Assembly: GCA_043228905.1 (NCBI GenBank)
Contig: JBHGNT010000021.1
Location: forward strand, 11,408,001-11,472,000
Length of the DNA stretch: 64,000 nucleotides
Reading direction: 5' to 3'
Origin: Azolla caroliniana
Lineage: Eukaryota; Plantae; Polypodiophyta
Shown: positions 48,219 to 60,424 of the stretch, piece after piece
How the letters are laid out: every line of letters starts with the position of its first letter
Position numbering within the stretch: the stretch's first letter is position 1
Position numbers and translations under genes: made by a program
The notes under the pieces: model-generated
Databases searched by the model: none
Seen by the model: only the letters and a program-made list of their open reading frames with translations
What the model was told of the DNA's origin: nothing

Positions 48219-51200
48219 ACGCCGCTTGACACCAACCCCGTCTCAAGCCAGTTTCGGGTTTCTTCTTTTCGTGCTGGCGAAGGCTCCTCGAACTGCCTTG
48301 CTGCCGACGACCCTTCATCACTCCATTCCCGCCGTTTGTCGAAATGGCTGTAGACTCCTTTAACCACAGCCTAGTGTGTCGTGAGCCCTTCATCGGTCTC
48401 CAACAAGAGACCTACTTTCTCTCTATCCAATGCGTCAACCGCTTTGATGAACAGCAGTACCCGGCTCGTATCGAGCACGGTTCGGTCTAACGCCGACAAC
48501 CGCGCGAACCATGTTTCAAATTCCTGGAGGAGCGGCAATGTGCTCCTCCCCTTTCTAGGGCTTTCGACCCATGCCATTAAGTCCCGCTTCGACAGTCGAA
48601 GCGAGTCGTCGAACCCATACTTTTCAAGGAGCCGCTCCTGGAAAACCTCCCACGTCTGGCATCCGGCTAATACCTCGAGCACCTCTGCATGGATGCTCAG
48701 CGTCACCACTCGAGGGAATCCGGATAGCCGCCTGTCTTCAGGGATGTCTCTCATGATCATCTCGGCCCGATAGGCCTCCAAATAGCTCATGGCGTTCTTA
48801 CCACCAAATTGGCCTATGGTGCCGACGATCGATTCTATGGCTCTGTCGAGGGTACCTGTTCCCTCATGAGCGCTCACTAGCCAGTCAATGGCTACTGCCA
48901 TAGCTTCAGCAAGCTCAGATCCCCTCATCTTCAACTCCTTTGCCGCCTCCTTCACGTCGGCTTCACCAAATATGTCGTGTTACTACACTTTCGCGGGTGA
49001 AATGAGACGGGACCGTGGGGGCCCTGAACCAAGGAGCGTGAGAGAGGAGAGAGAGAGCGTTTTGCTGAACACAGTGAAAGAGAGAGAGAAAACAGAACAA
49101 TTCGATTATAACTCCAATAACGATTACAACCGGCACACTGACAACAGACCCAACACGGGAGTCCACCCACACACACACAGGCGTCACACGCCAAGCACAG
49201 AAACGCGAAGGGAGAGCCTTTGATGGAAGCTCACGGGTTGTCCACAAAGTAGAGGAGACGATCTCCAAAACCCGCAGAGAATGACAATCGAAGGAGGAGA
49301 GAGAGAGCTCGGTACATGGTCCGGCAGCACTTCGTCCTCGCTAACACACGATGCCCTGTTCTTCCTTCTCTTCTTCCTTATATAGGTCATTGGGGGGAGT
49401 CTGTTCTCCTTCAGTCACAGTCACATTACTTTATTCTTTGTCCCTTCGGACAAAGATACGGATTGATTTCCTAATAAATGTGTCGCACCTAGTATATTTA
49501 CATCAGCCGCCCTACACATAATTACGTACAAGTTATCAATTCACACGCCCACACATGGAAGGGCCGGTTCGTGCACGGTTTCTTTCGTTTCCTCCTAGGG
49601 ACGGTTTTCTCCACGATAGTGTACTCCCCCTCAAGCTCGGCAATGTGGACGACATGAGACCAAGACCCGATGCAAATCTCCCAAGCTTGTCGATGCCTAA
49701 GGCCTTCGTAAAGATATCAGCGACTTGTAGGTGCGTGCTGATGTGTTGGAGGTCAAATTCTCTGGCCTGGACGCGCTCGCGGATGAAGTGGTAGTGCACT
49801 TTGATGTGTTTAGTCCGCGCATGAAATACGGGGTTACGCGTGAGGTAGATACTGATCATGTCATCACAGTACATGCATATTGGATCTTTGATGGGTACGC
49901 CCAAATCTTTTAGCATACGCTTAAGCCATACAGCTTCGCATACGGCGACTGTTGCACCCCTGTATTCGGCTTCTGTGCTCGACAGTGCGACTATTGGTTG
50001 TTTCTTGTTGCTCCAAGAGATCGCTCCGCTGCCGAGGGAGAAGACGAATTCGGATGTGGATCGTCTATCCGCTTTGCATCCTGCCCAGTCCGCGTCTGTG
50101 TACCCTTCAAGTCGAATGGTCGTATTCGACTTGTACAAGATGTCGTGATCCATTGTCGTACTGACATACCGTAGTATCCTCTTAGCACAATCGAGATGAA
50201 GGTTACACGGATTCTGCATGAATTGGCTAAGTAGGCCGACCGAATAGCTTAGGTCGGGTCACGTAATGGTGAGATAGATCAAGCTACCGATCAGTTGGCG
50301 ATACTAAGTCGGTTCAGTCTCGGCCGTGCCAGAACTGGCATCAAGCTTGATATTGCGATCAAGAGGGGTAGTCAAGGTTTGCACTCTATCATTCTGTATT
50401 TGTGCAGTAGGTTGAGGACGTAGTGCCGTTGTGAGATCATTATCCCGACTGGTGTCCGAATTACTTCAATACCTAGGAAGTAATGAAGTTCGTGCAAGTC
50501 TTTCATTTCGAATCTGCCGGAAAGAAGTGATTTAACTTTGTTAATCTCGGCGAGATCCTTTGCATCCGATGACCAAATCATCCACGTACAAGATGATGAT
50601 TATCGGGCTATCCGACTCGTTTAGGATGTACAGGGAAGTGTCAGATTTTGACATCCGAAATCCAACTTGATGAAGGTACTGCGTGATCTTCGAGTGCGAA
50701 GCACGCGGTGCTTGTTTGAGGCCATAAAGTGGCTTCTTGAGTCGGCATACGGTGTGCAGATGGTTACGCGATTCGAATCCGGGTGGTTGTATCATATACA
50801 CCTCTTCTTCTAACTCTCCTTGGAGGAAAGCATTTTTCACGTCCATCTGGTGGAGGTGCCACCCTTTTGCTCCTACTAGCGCGATTACAGTCCGTATTTT
50901 CATCATCTTTGCCACTGGCGCAAAGGTTTCCTCGTAGTCTACGTCTCGTGTCTGTGTGTGGCCTTTTGCAACAAGTTGTGCTTTAAAGCGATTTACGGAA
51001 CCATCAGCATTGTGCTTCACCTTGTAAATCCACCTGCAACCAATTGGTTTCTTGTTCGGGGGGTGAGGATTGAGATCCCATGTCTCGTTTTTGCATAACT
51101 CTTCCATCTCCTCATTCATCACGTTGACCCATCGCAGATCCTTTGCAGCTTCGAAAAGCGTTTCCGATTCCCGTACTGATGCCACCTTCATCATGAATGC

Positions 51201-54200
51201 ATAATGATACGCCATGTACTCGTCGTAGCCATAGCGGTTTGCGGGGTTCTTCTCGCGCGTGGATCGGCGTGGCTTGTCATTTGCGGATTCTTGGGGTTTC
51301 TTCACGCCGCCCATGTGGATGTCAAGGCCTTCAACCTCACTGTCGAGATTGAAATGATCTTCATACTCCTGCATTTTCGCCTTGCCTTTGTCTAGCAGTG
51401 TACTTGGCTGAGATGTGCTTTGATCACTTGGGGGCTCTTGTGGTCCGCTTAGCCATGTCAAAGTTGGACTTTCTTCATGCATATGCATGAGACGATCTTC
51501 GGCTTCTATTCTTATTTCGGTGTCATCCGCGTCAAGCAAGGTAGGAGTCGCAGTGTTCTCTGGTGCGTACGAGGATGCGCATTCGTCAAAGAATACGTCT
51601 CGACTTGTTCGAACCTTACGAGTAGATGGGTTGTAGCATTTGTACCCCTTCTGTTCAAGTGAGTATCCTACGAGGATACATTTCTCCGACTTTGGGTCAA
51701 GCTTTTGCCACGTATCGTCGGGAATATGTATGTAGGCGATGGAACCGAAAATGCGGGCATGTGACAAGTCAAGCTTCTTTCCGAAGAACTTCTCATGAGG
51801 AGTTATGTCGTGTACTCCTGAGGTTGTGCACCTATTCATGAGGTATACGGCTGTGTTCGCCGCATCTACCCAATACGATTTTGGCAGGTTCTTCTCATTC
51901 ATCATGGCTCGTGCGACTTCTACTATGTGGCGGTTTTTACACTCAGCTACGCCGTTTTGCTGAGGTGTGTGTCGACGCGAGAACTCTCGTCAGATTCCCT
52001 CTTTTCGGAGATACGCCGAAAATTCTTCCGAAAAATATTCTTTGCCTCCATCTGATCGAAGACAGCGTACATGCCGGCCCATGGCTTTTTCCACTTCGGC
52101 TTTGAACTTCTAGAAGTGGCCGAACACTTCACTCTTTTGCTTCATCAGATAAATCCAAGTATTTCTGGAGAAGTCGTCGATGAACGTGACATAGTAACGG
52201 CATCCGCCGAAAGTAGCTGTTTGGGTTGGTCCCCACACATCTGAATGCATGACATCCAGGATCCCTATTCTTACATTCCGCTCTTTTGGGAATGGATGAC
52301 GGCATTGCTTTCCGAATTGGCATGCTTCGCACACGCTCGTGATCTCCTTTGCCGTAAACTTCGGGAGTCCGATTACAACTCCTTTGGTCTGCATGTTCTG
52401 AAGCTTCTGGAGATTGATGTGACCGATTCTCTTGTGCCACAATTTTAAATCGGTTTCGACTTTCTGGCCCTTTGCGTACATAGCCGACTTTACTACGCTC
52501 GACTCGAGGATGAACATACAGCCTTCTTGTTTGCCGTGAGCTACGATTTGATCGCCTTTTTCAATGAAGCACCCATTGTTGTTGAAACGTACCTGCATTC
52601 CTTATTCTACAATCTGGCCGACCGAGACCAGATTTTTCGTGATGGTGGGAACATGCAGTACGTTCTTGAGGTAGGTCTGTTCGCCGTCGTTTCAGAATGG
52701 GACATTCCCGATATGTTGTATTGGATGAGTCGTATCATCGCCTATTTCGACATATCCGGGACGTTCGGGCTTCCATAATTTCCGAAACCAATCTTCATGG
52801 GAAGTCATGTGATTGGAAGCTCCTGAATCGACAAACCATACACTATTAGGAGTGGAGGCGCTGGTTGTCGCAAATGCAGAAATCGAGTGTGCTTCATGCT
52901 TCATTATGAACATTCTACCACAGTCGTCGTAGTCGGAGTTCGTGGCGTAGTTCATGAGTTGTCGGCCTGCCTCACGTTTCTTCTTCCGGCACTCTTCTTC
53001 GTAGTGGCCGAGTTTTCCGCAGTACCCGCACTCGACTCGGTTTCGGCGATTGCTCGGTCCGGCATTATGACTCCCCCTTCCGCCAAGTTCTCTAGGCCCA
53101 TTCCTATCCGCTTGCCATTGGTGGGAGTTACGCCCTTAATTCTGCCGATCATTATGGCCTTGTTCGAAACAACCTCTGTTTCCACGGCCAAAATCTCTTC
53201 TATTATCTGACTGAGAGTAGAGCAAATGACCATCTGATGCGTTGTTCCTTTGTCGGGCGTGATTCTCTTCAACCAGCAATATCGATTGAAGGTCGAAGAA
53301 GGAGGGATCTAATCACGCCAAAACGTGGTGCTAAGCCTCTGAGGCATATCTGCACCAGTTCGTCATCGTCAATGACGACGCTGATCGATCCGAGGGCGTC
53401 ACATAGCTCCTTGATCTTCAAGGTATAGTTGTCGATTGACATGTCCCTTTGTTGAAGATTGTTCAGCTACTGTCGAAGTTGGAGCTTTCGTGCAGCCGTA
53501 TTGGCTGCGAAGATCTTCTTGAGGTTTTCCCACACCTGCTTCGGCGTTTTAGCCTCTCGAATGTAGCCAAGCATATGATCATGAACACATGATGCAAGGC
53601 AATACAGCACACGGCTTGTGGCCTACTCCCAAGCGGGATAGTCGGTGTGTGTTGGGTTGGGGTGTGATTCGTGAGCTCCTTCAATGTAGCTCTAGTAACC
53701 TTATCTGACAAGATATTGATGCATCTTGTATTCCCAAGATGCAAAGTTCGTTCTGTCGAGCTTCTCGGTAGGAAGAGCGCTTCCCATTTAAGTATTCATG
53801 GTGATTTCTTCTCTGTCGATGGGCCGGTTCTGTTGATCGTCGGCGTGCAGCACAACACAGTTGAAAAATGCTTGATCAAGCAACCACACACTCTGATACC
53901 ATGTAAAGAAAAGAGGAGGCAAGAGTGGTTGTAATGCAGTGGAAGATGAGTGTGTGTGTGTGTGTGTGTGTGTATGTCACAAGATAGAGAGAGTGTGTGT
54001 GTGAGAGAGAGAGAGAGCTCTTACGACAGAGATAGATAAACTGTATCAAAACATAAAACATCCAACTACGACTAAGTTACAATGAGTTGGTTTATATACC
54101 AACTAAGCTAGGGCAAGCGCCTAATATGGAATACACGGAATAATCTCCAGCGACAACTGAAGGGTAAATCACTTGATAACAATCGAACACAGAAGAAATG

Positions 54201-57200
54201 GGAATGGAGGTAAGTGCATGAACAGAAAAAGAGAATGCACAGGATATTAACGTGGAAAACCCTGAGAGGGAAAAACCACGGGAGTCCACAGACTCCAAAC
54301 TATCACTATGTAAAGTAATACAACAAGGAGCACAGAGGCAACGACCTCTTGCTCACAATCTTCGCCTCGCGGTGGTTACAACAGAGACACAATCTTTGTA
54401 TATCACTCTCTCTCTCTCTCTTTACGCACTGTACAGAAGTTACACCAATAACTCTATCATTTTTCTATTAAGTTTGCCCTAGGTCATATTTATACTAATA
54501 TGACTTTCGGGCTATTTACAAATATAGTCCCAATGGGCTCTCTGGAACATATTTACATATATGTCCCTTCATCCGATGAGAGGTTCTCACGGGGCCTGCA
54601 ACATCCGGTTCTCATCGGGTCTTCCTTTGCCGGGTACTCCACATCCGGTTCTCACCGAGTCTTCTGTTGCCGGGTACTCCACATCCGGTTTCGGCCTCGA
54701 CCGAGGTACTCATCAACACTGTTCTTCTCACTTCCCATCCGAAGGGACCTGTTTCCTAACAAACTCCCCCTTCACTCCGGCATGGGATGTCTTACTAGTC
54801 TGATCCGCTTCCAACATGCATCCAGCTTGTCGGGTATCAGTACTTTAGTCAGCATATCTGACCCATTCTCGACCGTGTGGATCTTCGTCAGCACGAACTC
54901 TCGATCTTCTACTCGCTCCCGGATCTAGTGATACCTACGCTGGATGTGCTTCGTCCTGGAATGGTACGTTGCGTTCTTGACAAGGTGGATGGCACTTTGA
55001 CTGTCGCAATAGAGCTGGTATTCATCTTACCAGATACCGAGCTCACCGATGGAGTCCTTCATCCATAATATTTCCTTGCCGGCATCCACAGCCGCCATGT
55101 ACTCCGCCTCCGTGGTTGACAATGCAACCTTCTTCTGCAGCCTCGACTGCCACAAAACAGCTCCCCCTGCATATGTCATTACATACCCGGATGTAGACCG
55201 GCTGGTATCCACATCAGCCGACATGTCCGAATCGGTAAAACCGTCAAGTTGAGGTTTACCGGAACCGAATCGGAGACACATATTCGAAGTGCCCTTCAAG
55301 TACCGGAGTATCCATTTGACCGCGTTCCAGTGCTCCTTGCCAGGATTGCTCATAAACCGGCTCACCACTCCGACTGCGTATCCAATATCCAGTCGAGTAC
55401 ACACCATTGCGTACATCAAGCTCCCGACGGCAGAGGCATATGGAACCTTCACCATATCTGCCTTCTCTGCTTTCGTCTTTGGGCTTTGTTTACCGGATAG
55501 TCTACAGTTTGCCGGGAGTGTCGATCCGACCGGTTTTTCTTCTAACATGTTGAATCGTTAAAGCACCTTTGTCACGTATTTCTCCTGTGACAGCCACAAT
55601 TGCTTCGTTGGCCAGTCCAGGATTATATGCATCCCCAGCATCTGTCTTGCCTGACCCAAGTCTTTCATTGCGAAAGTTCGGTTGAGAGCCTTCTTCAGCA
55701 TCCGTATTTTGGCTTGGTCCCATCCAACGATCAACATGTTGTCCACGTACAGAAGGAGTATCAGGAAGTCGCCTCCTTCGAACTTCTTCACAAAACACGC
55801 AATGATCGGCCTGCGTCTTGTGGTACCCTTGATCGGTCATGAAGGAGTTCAACTTCCGGTACCATTGTCGGGGAGCCTGCTTTAGTCCGTACAAGCTCTT
55901 CTTCAACCGGCAAACCAGATGCTCCTTCCCTTTCTCCACGAATCCTTCTGGTTGCTGCATGTAGATCTCCCCTTCGAGGTCACCGTGAAGGAATGTCGTC
56001 TTCACGTCCAGCTGCTCTACCTCGAGGTCCATGCTTGCCGCTATACTCAGCACCGTCCGGATGGAGGTCATCTTTACTACCGGGGCAAATATCTCGTCGA
56101 AGTCCACGCCCTTCTTCTACTGGAACCCCTTCACCACGATCTTGGCTTTGTATCTCGGGGGTTGCCGGCATCTCCCGGTTTCAACTTGTACACCCACTTG
56201 TTTCGGAGTGCCCGCTTTCTTTTCGGCAACTCCACCAATTCGTACGTATGGTTCTCATGCAGGGAATCCATCTCATCCTGCATGGCACTTAACCATTTGC
56301 GGCTATGGGCGTCACTTTTAGCTTCCTCGAAGCTTTCTGGCTCCCCCTCATCGGTTAGCAGCACATGCTCTGCATCTGGAAATCTCTGGGGGGGCCTTCT
56401 CTCTTTGAGAGGATATCTCTGTCTTTGGCTTTCGGCAACCCACTCCTCTATTTGTCCTTCATCCGAATCCAATTCGGGGTCTTGGCCGGTTCCGGTTTCA
56501 CCTATTCCTTCTTCTTCGGCCTGTCTTGTCTCTTTACCATCATTGGCCGGTTCATCAAGTGCTAACCGATCTCTTGCCGGTTGGGTCTGCTCATCGTAGA
56601 ATCGATCCTTACCAGTCAACTCGGAGTTCATTATCTTCTTTTCCAACTCCCAGTCAGCGAGCGTCTTGTCCACCATGAAGATAATATCTCAACTCCGGAA
56701 TACCTTCTTGTCGGCCAGGTCCCACACTCGGTAGCCGAACTCATCGTCACCGTAACCGAGGAATATGCATGGCCGGGTCTTCGGATCTAATTTTCCTCTC
56801 CGGTCCTTAACTACATGCACATACACAAGACACCCTAATACCTTCATATGCCGGTAGGACACTTCCTTACCGGTCCAGACTCTCTGTGGCGTGTCTCCAT
56901 CCGAGGGTACTGAGGGGTGATCTGTTTATCACATATGTCGCCGTCGACAGTGCCTCGGCCCAAAACTTCTTGGGTAGTTTTGCATGCGCCAACATACTCC
57001 AGACCCTCTCTATTATGGTTTGGTTCATCCTCTCGGCCAGCCCGTTTAGTTTCGGCGTCTTCGGCACAATAAATTCGAGCCGGATTCCCTTCGAGCGGCA
57101 ATACTCCTCGAACTGCCCCCGGTATTCTCCTCCGTTATCTGCTCGAACCGCCTTCAGCTTTCGGTCGGTTTCTCTTTCCACTCTCGCGTGGAGTTCTTTG

Positions 57201-57331
57201 AAGACGGATAGCACCTAATCCTTTGTCTTCAACGGGGTGGCCCACAGCTTCCGGCTGTGGTCATCTATGAACGTCACGAAGTACTGCAATCCGGCATGTG
57301 ACTTCGTGTCCACTTGACACACATCAGTATG

Positions 57332-58059
57332 TGACGAGAACCGAACACTCCTTATGCGCAACGCCCGGCCACAACCGAGCTTAGAATGATACACAGAAAA
57401 CGGGAAATAAAACGCGACACAAAGAAGAGGAAAGGTACACAGGAGGTTTACGTGGAAAACCCCAAACTAGGGGAAAAACCACGGCAGCCCACAGGCTGCA
57501 AACTGTCACTATGTAAGAATGTACAACAGTGAGTTCACTGAGGCAACGACCTCGTGCTCACAGGTCTTCGCCACAGGCGACGGTTACAACAGAGGCAACA
57601 ACCTCTTTCTCTCTCTCTCTCTCTCTGTACAGTTACGCACTCTCTCTTCTCTTGCACCAACAAGAAAACGACAACAACAACATCTAAAAGTTTGCCCTAA
57701 GTCATATTTATACTAATATGACTTTTCGGCTATTTACAAATATAGCCTCGATGGACTATCAGAAACATATTTATGAATATGTCTCTTCATCCGGTTCTCC
57801 GTAGCCGGGTACTCCTCATCCGGTCTTCACCGGGTCTGCATCATCCGGCTCTCCGTAGCCGGGTACTCCTCATCCGGTTCATACCGGGTCTGCACCATCC
57901 GGCCCTCCGTAGCCGGGTACTCCTCATCCGATTTTCACTGGGTCTGTACCATCCGGCTCTCCGTAGCCGGGTCCACCTCATACGGTTTCGGCCTCGACCG
58001 AGTTTGTTCATCGGCACTGTTCTTCTCCATTCCCATCTGGAGGGACCTGTCTCCCAACA
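57332..58059 (-). mobile_element. Copia solo LTR (728 bp), TSD GTATG
   Basis: TGACGAG...CCCAACA flanked by GTATG; interrupts integrase LELVHT|DVCQ; shares GTGGAAAACCC...GGGAAAAACCACGG with the element E LTR. Confidence 0.92.
57788..57990. repeat. 54-bp tandem repeat (~3.7 copies) inside the solo LTR
   Basis: CTCCGTAGCCGGGT recurs at 57797, 57851, 57905 and 57959. Confidence 0.9.
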
Positions 58060-59530
58060 GTATGCACCAACTCCAATGGTGCATTACGTCGCAACGGTGG
58101 CCTCAATCGAAAGGAGGTCCGGTTTTGTTTACCGGCTAGGCAGTCGGTGCACCTCTCAAGATGCACGTTCTTCATTGGAATGAGGTTGTCATCGGCAAGC
58201 CTCTTCATCCCCTTCATGCTCATGTGACACAGTCTCTTGTGCCACAGCTCACCAGCAGTGTCGGAAGCCACGTTCACTTCTTCTGGGCATAACCAGGCAT
58301 TCATCAAGTACAGTGTGTTGACCTTCCCGGCCCAAGCCACAATCAGGCTCCCTTTGCTGAACTTCATAACACCGTTCCGGATGCTACCCATGTAGCCTTC
58401 ATCAGCTAGCCGACCAACTGATATCAGGTTCAGTCAAACCTCCGGAACGTGTCGAACATCCTTCAGCAATAGCTTGCATCCGGTTGGTGTTGTCAACCAC
58501 ACGTCTCCTATGCCGACAATTCGGCATGTACCTTCATTCCCCATCCGGACACAACCGTGATCACCGGTTGTGTAGGATGAGAAGTATTTACAGTCCGGGG
58601 TAAGGTGGAACAACGCTCCGGAATCAACAACCCACGTTGTCTCGTTGCCGGCAAGGTTCAACTCACTCTCCTCGGTGATGAGCATCAACTCTTCTTCACT
58701 TGCCGCGATTGTCGTCGTTCCCTTCCAGTCCGTTCCCCTCCGGTCTTTACCGTTCCAGTCCGGTGTCCGCTTCGAATCGGTACCATCGGTTTCCTTGTCT
58801 TTTCGGAAGTGCCGACAGTTCTTCTAGAAGTGTCCCGGCTTGCCGCAATAGAAGCAGGTAGGCCTCCCCCTTGACTTTGACCATGTCCCCGACTTCTCCC
58901 GGTTTTGGGGACTACGGTTCCTTTGTCTTCCGCGTTCCAATTAGGTAAGGAGCACTTTGGAGTCGGAGCTCGTATCCTTATCTTTCCAACGCGTCTCCTC
59001 ATCTAGCAAGCTCGACTTCACTCTTGCTAGGGATAACCGTTTCCCTTCCAGCTCGGCGTTGCCCAAAGTGACAACCAACGTCTCCCAGCTATCTGGGAGG
59101 GAACCGAGTAGGAGTAGTGCTAGTACCTCATCGGCGAGAGGTACTTCCAATGATGTTGCTTGGTGGATCAGCCCCTAGAAGGCATTCATGTGCTCCGCCA
59201 TGCTAGAGCCATCTTGGTACAGGAGTCTTACTAGGCTTCAAAAATACCGAAACCTGATTAACAACATTTTTGTTCTGAAACATAATGTTGATCTTCTCCC
59301 AGAGCTCATGAGCCTTGCTCTCTTCATTGAAGTTGTTGTATACACTCATGTCGATGAAGCATCGTATGTACGTCGTTCTCTTCATGTGCATCACCTCCCA
59401 TATCGTGGCATCGATTTTGTCCGGTCTCTTGTCCCCGAACTAAACCGGCAACCAAAGGTCTTTAACCATGAGCATGTCCCTCATCTTCGACTTCCACACG
59501 GAATAGTTGGAGTCGGTGAGCTTGAACACG

Positions 59531-59934
59531 AAAGAGACATATTCGTAAATATGTTTCTGAGAGCCCATCGAGGCTATATTTGTAAATAGCCGTAAAGTCA
59601 TATTAGTATAAATATGATTTAGGGCAAAGTTTTTGTTTGTTGTTGTCATTTTCTTTTTGCACGAGATTAGTGTGCGTAACTGTACATAGAGAGAGAGAGA
59701 GAGAAAGAGGTTGTTGCCTCTGTTGTAACCGCCGCCTGTGGCGAAGATTTGTGAGCACGAGGTCGGTGCCTCAGTGAACTCACTGTTGTATATTCCTACA
59801 TAGTGACAGTTTGCAACCTGTGGGCTGCCGTGGTTTTTCCCCTAGTTTGGGGTTTTCCACGTAAACCTTCTGTGTATCATTCTAAGCTCGGTTGTGGCCG
59901 AGCGTCACGCATAAGGAACGTTGAGTTCTCGTCA
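59531..59934 (+). repeat. Partial copia LTR, inverted copy of 57332-~57790
   Basis: Reverse complement of the solo LTR, ending ...TTCTCGTCA. Confidence 0.88.
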
Positions 59935-60424
59935 ATGGCCTCCCTCCTTGAGCTATAAAAGAGAGGGAGACAGAGAAGGATGGGGATCGCGCGCTAGAGG
60001 GGACGAAGTGTTGTCGGACTGGGACCAAGCTCTTCTCCTCTGTCGTTCTCCATAGCTTTCTTGGCGCAGGTTCTCGAGAGGCTGATTTTGCTCCGTGGAA
60101 CGCCCGTGTGCTTCAGGCAGAATCTCCATCTTGCCCTCCTATGTGCGTGGGTGATCGGGCGTTGGCATCTGCCTCGCCGACCTGGTCGGTTGTAACCGTT
60201 CGAGTCGTCTGCATACACGCAAATACATGCATATTGTTACATACATACTCTAGAGTTCTCAACTCGTGTCTCCTGTGTTGTTGTGCGAGCGCACCGTGCG
60301 CTTCTTTGTCTATACGTGAGTGAGTGTCTCTCTCTTTCTCTCCTTTCGCTTCCTCACCTATTCCTCGGTCCAAGACCCCAATGGTCCCGCCTTGTTCTCC
60401 ACGCACGCGCGTAGCAACGCGACA
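59935..60424 (+). repeat. Partial gypsy (Trp family) LTR
   Basis: TATAAAAGAGAGGG and family-typical 3' end ACGCACGCGCGTAGCAACGCGACA. Confidence 0.8.

Larger units (their letters stand above)
28257..49618 (-). mobile_element. tRNA-Trp-primed gypsy (element G), 3' LTR lost, carrying three nested insertions
   Basis: 5' LTR 48973-49618; PBS 48952-48968; gag 48219-48950 and ~46870-47397; PR end/RT 45045-46860; RH-IN 38409-39706; IN C-terminus 28262-28767. Reading frames rejoin across each insertion (e.g. ELMYG|QKPIMP). Confidence 0.9.
28151..54126 (-). mobile_element. Old Ty1/copia (element F) split by nested insertions; own sequence is 28151-~28256 (3' LTR remnant) and 49619-54126
   Basis: Matching LTR ends TGTAAAGAAAAGAGGAG...(GT)n at 28151 and 53902; PBS at 53890-53901; internal copia gag/PR/IN/RT/RH at 49630-53790. 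Confidence 0.75.
54127..59530 (-). mobile_element. Degenerate Tnt1/Tork-like copia (element I) with 3' LTR ~54127-54761; 5' LTR and PBS missing
   Basis: pol highly similar to element E but with frameshifts and stops; PPT at 54764-54773; gag start FKLTDSNYSVWKSKMRDML. Confidence 0.9.

Noticed and set aside
57773-58183. CRISPR-like array or 18-aa repeat protein
   Set aside because: Head-to-tail 54-bp tandem repeat without unique spacers, located inside a TSD-flanked solo LTR; no cas genes.
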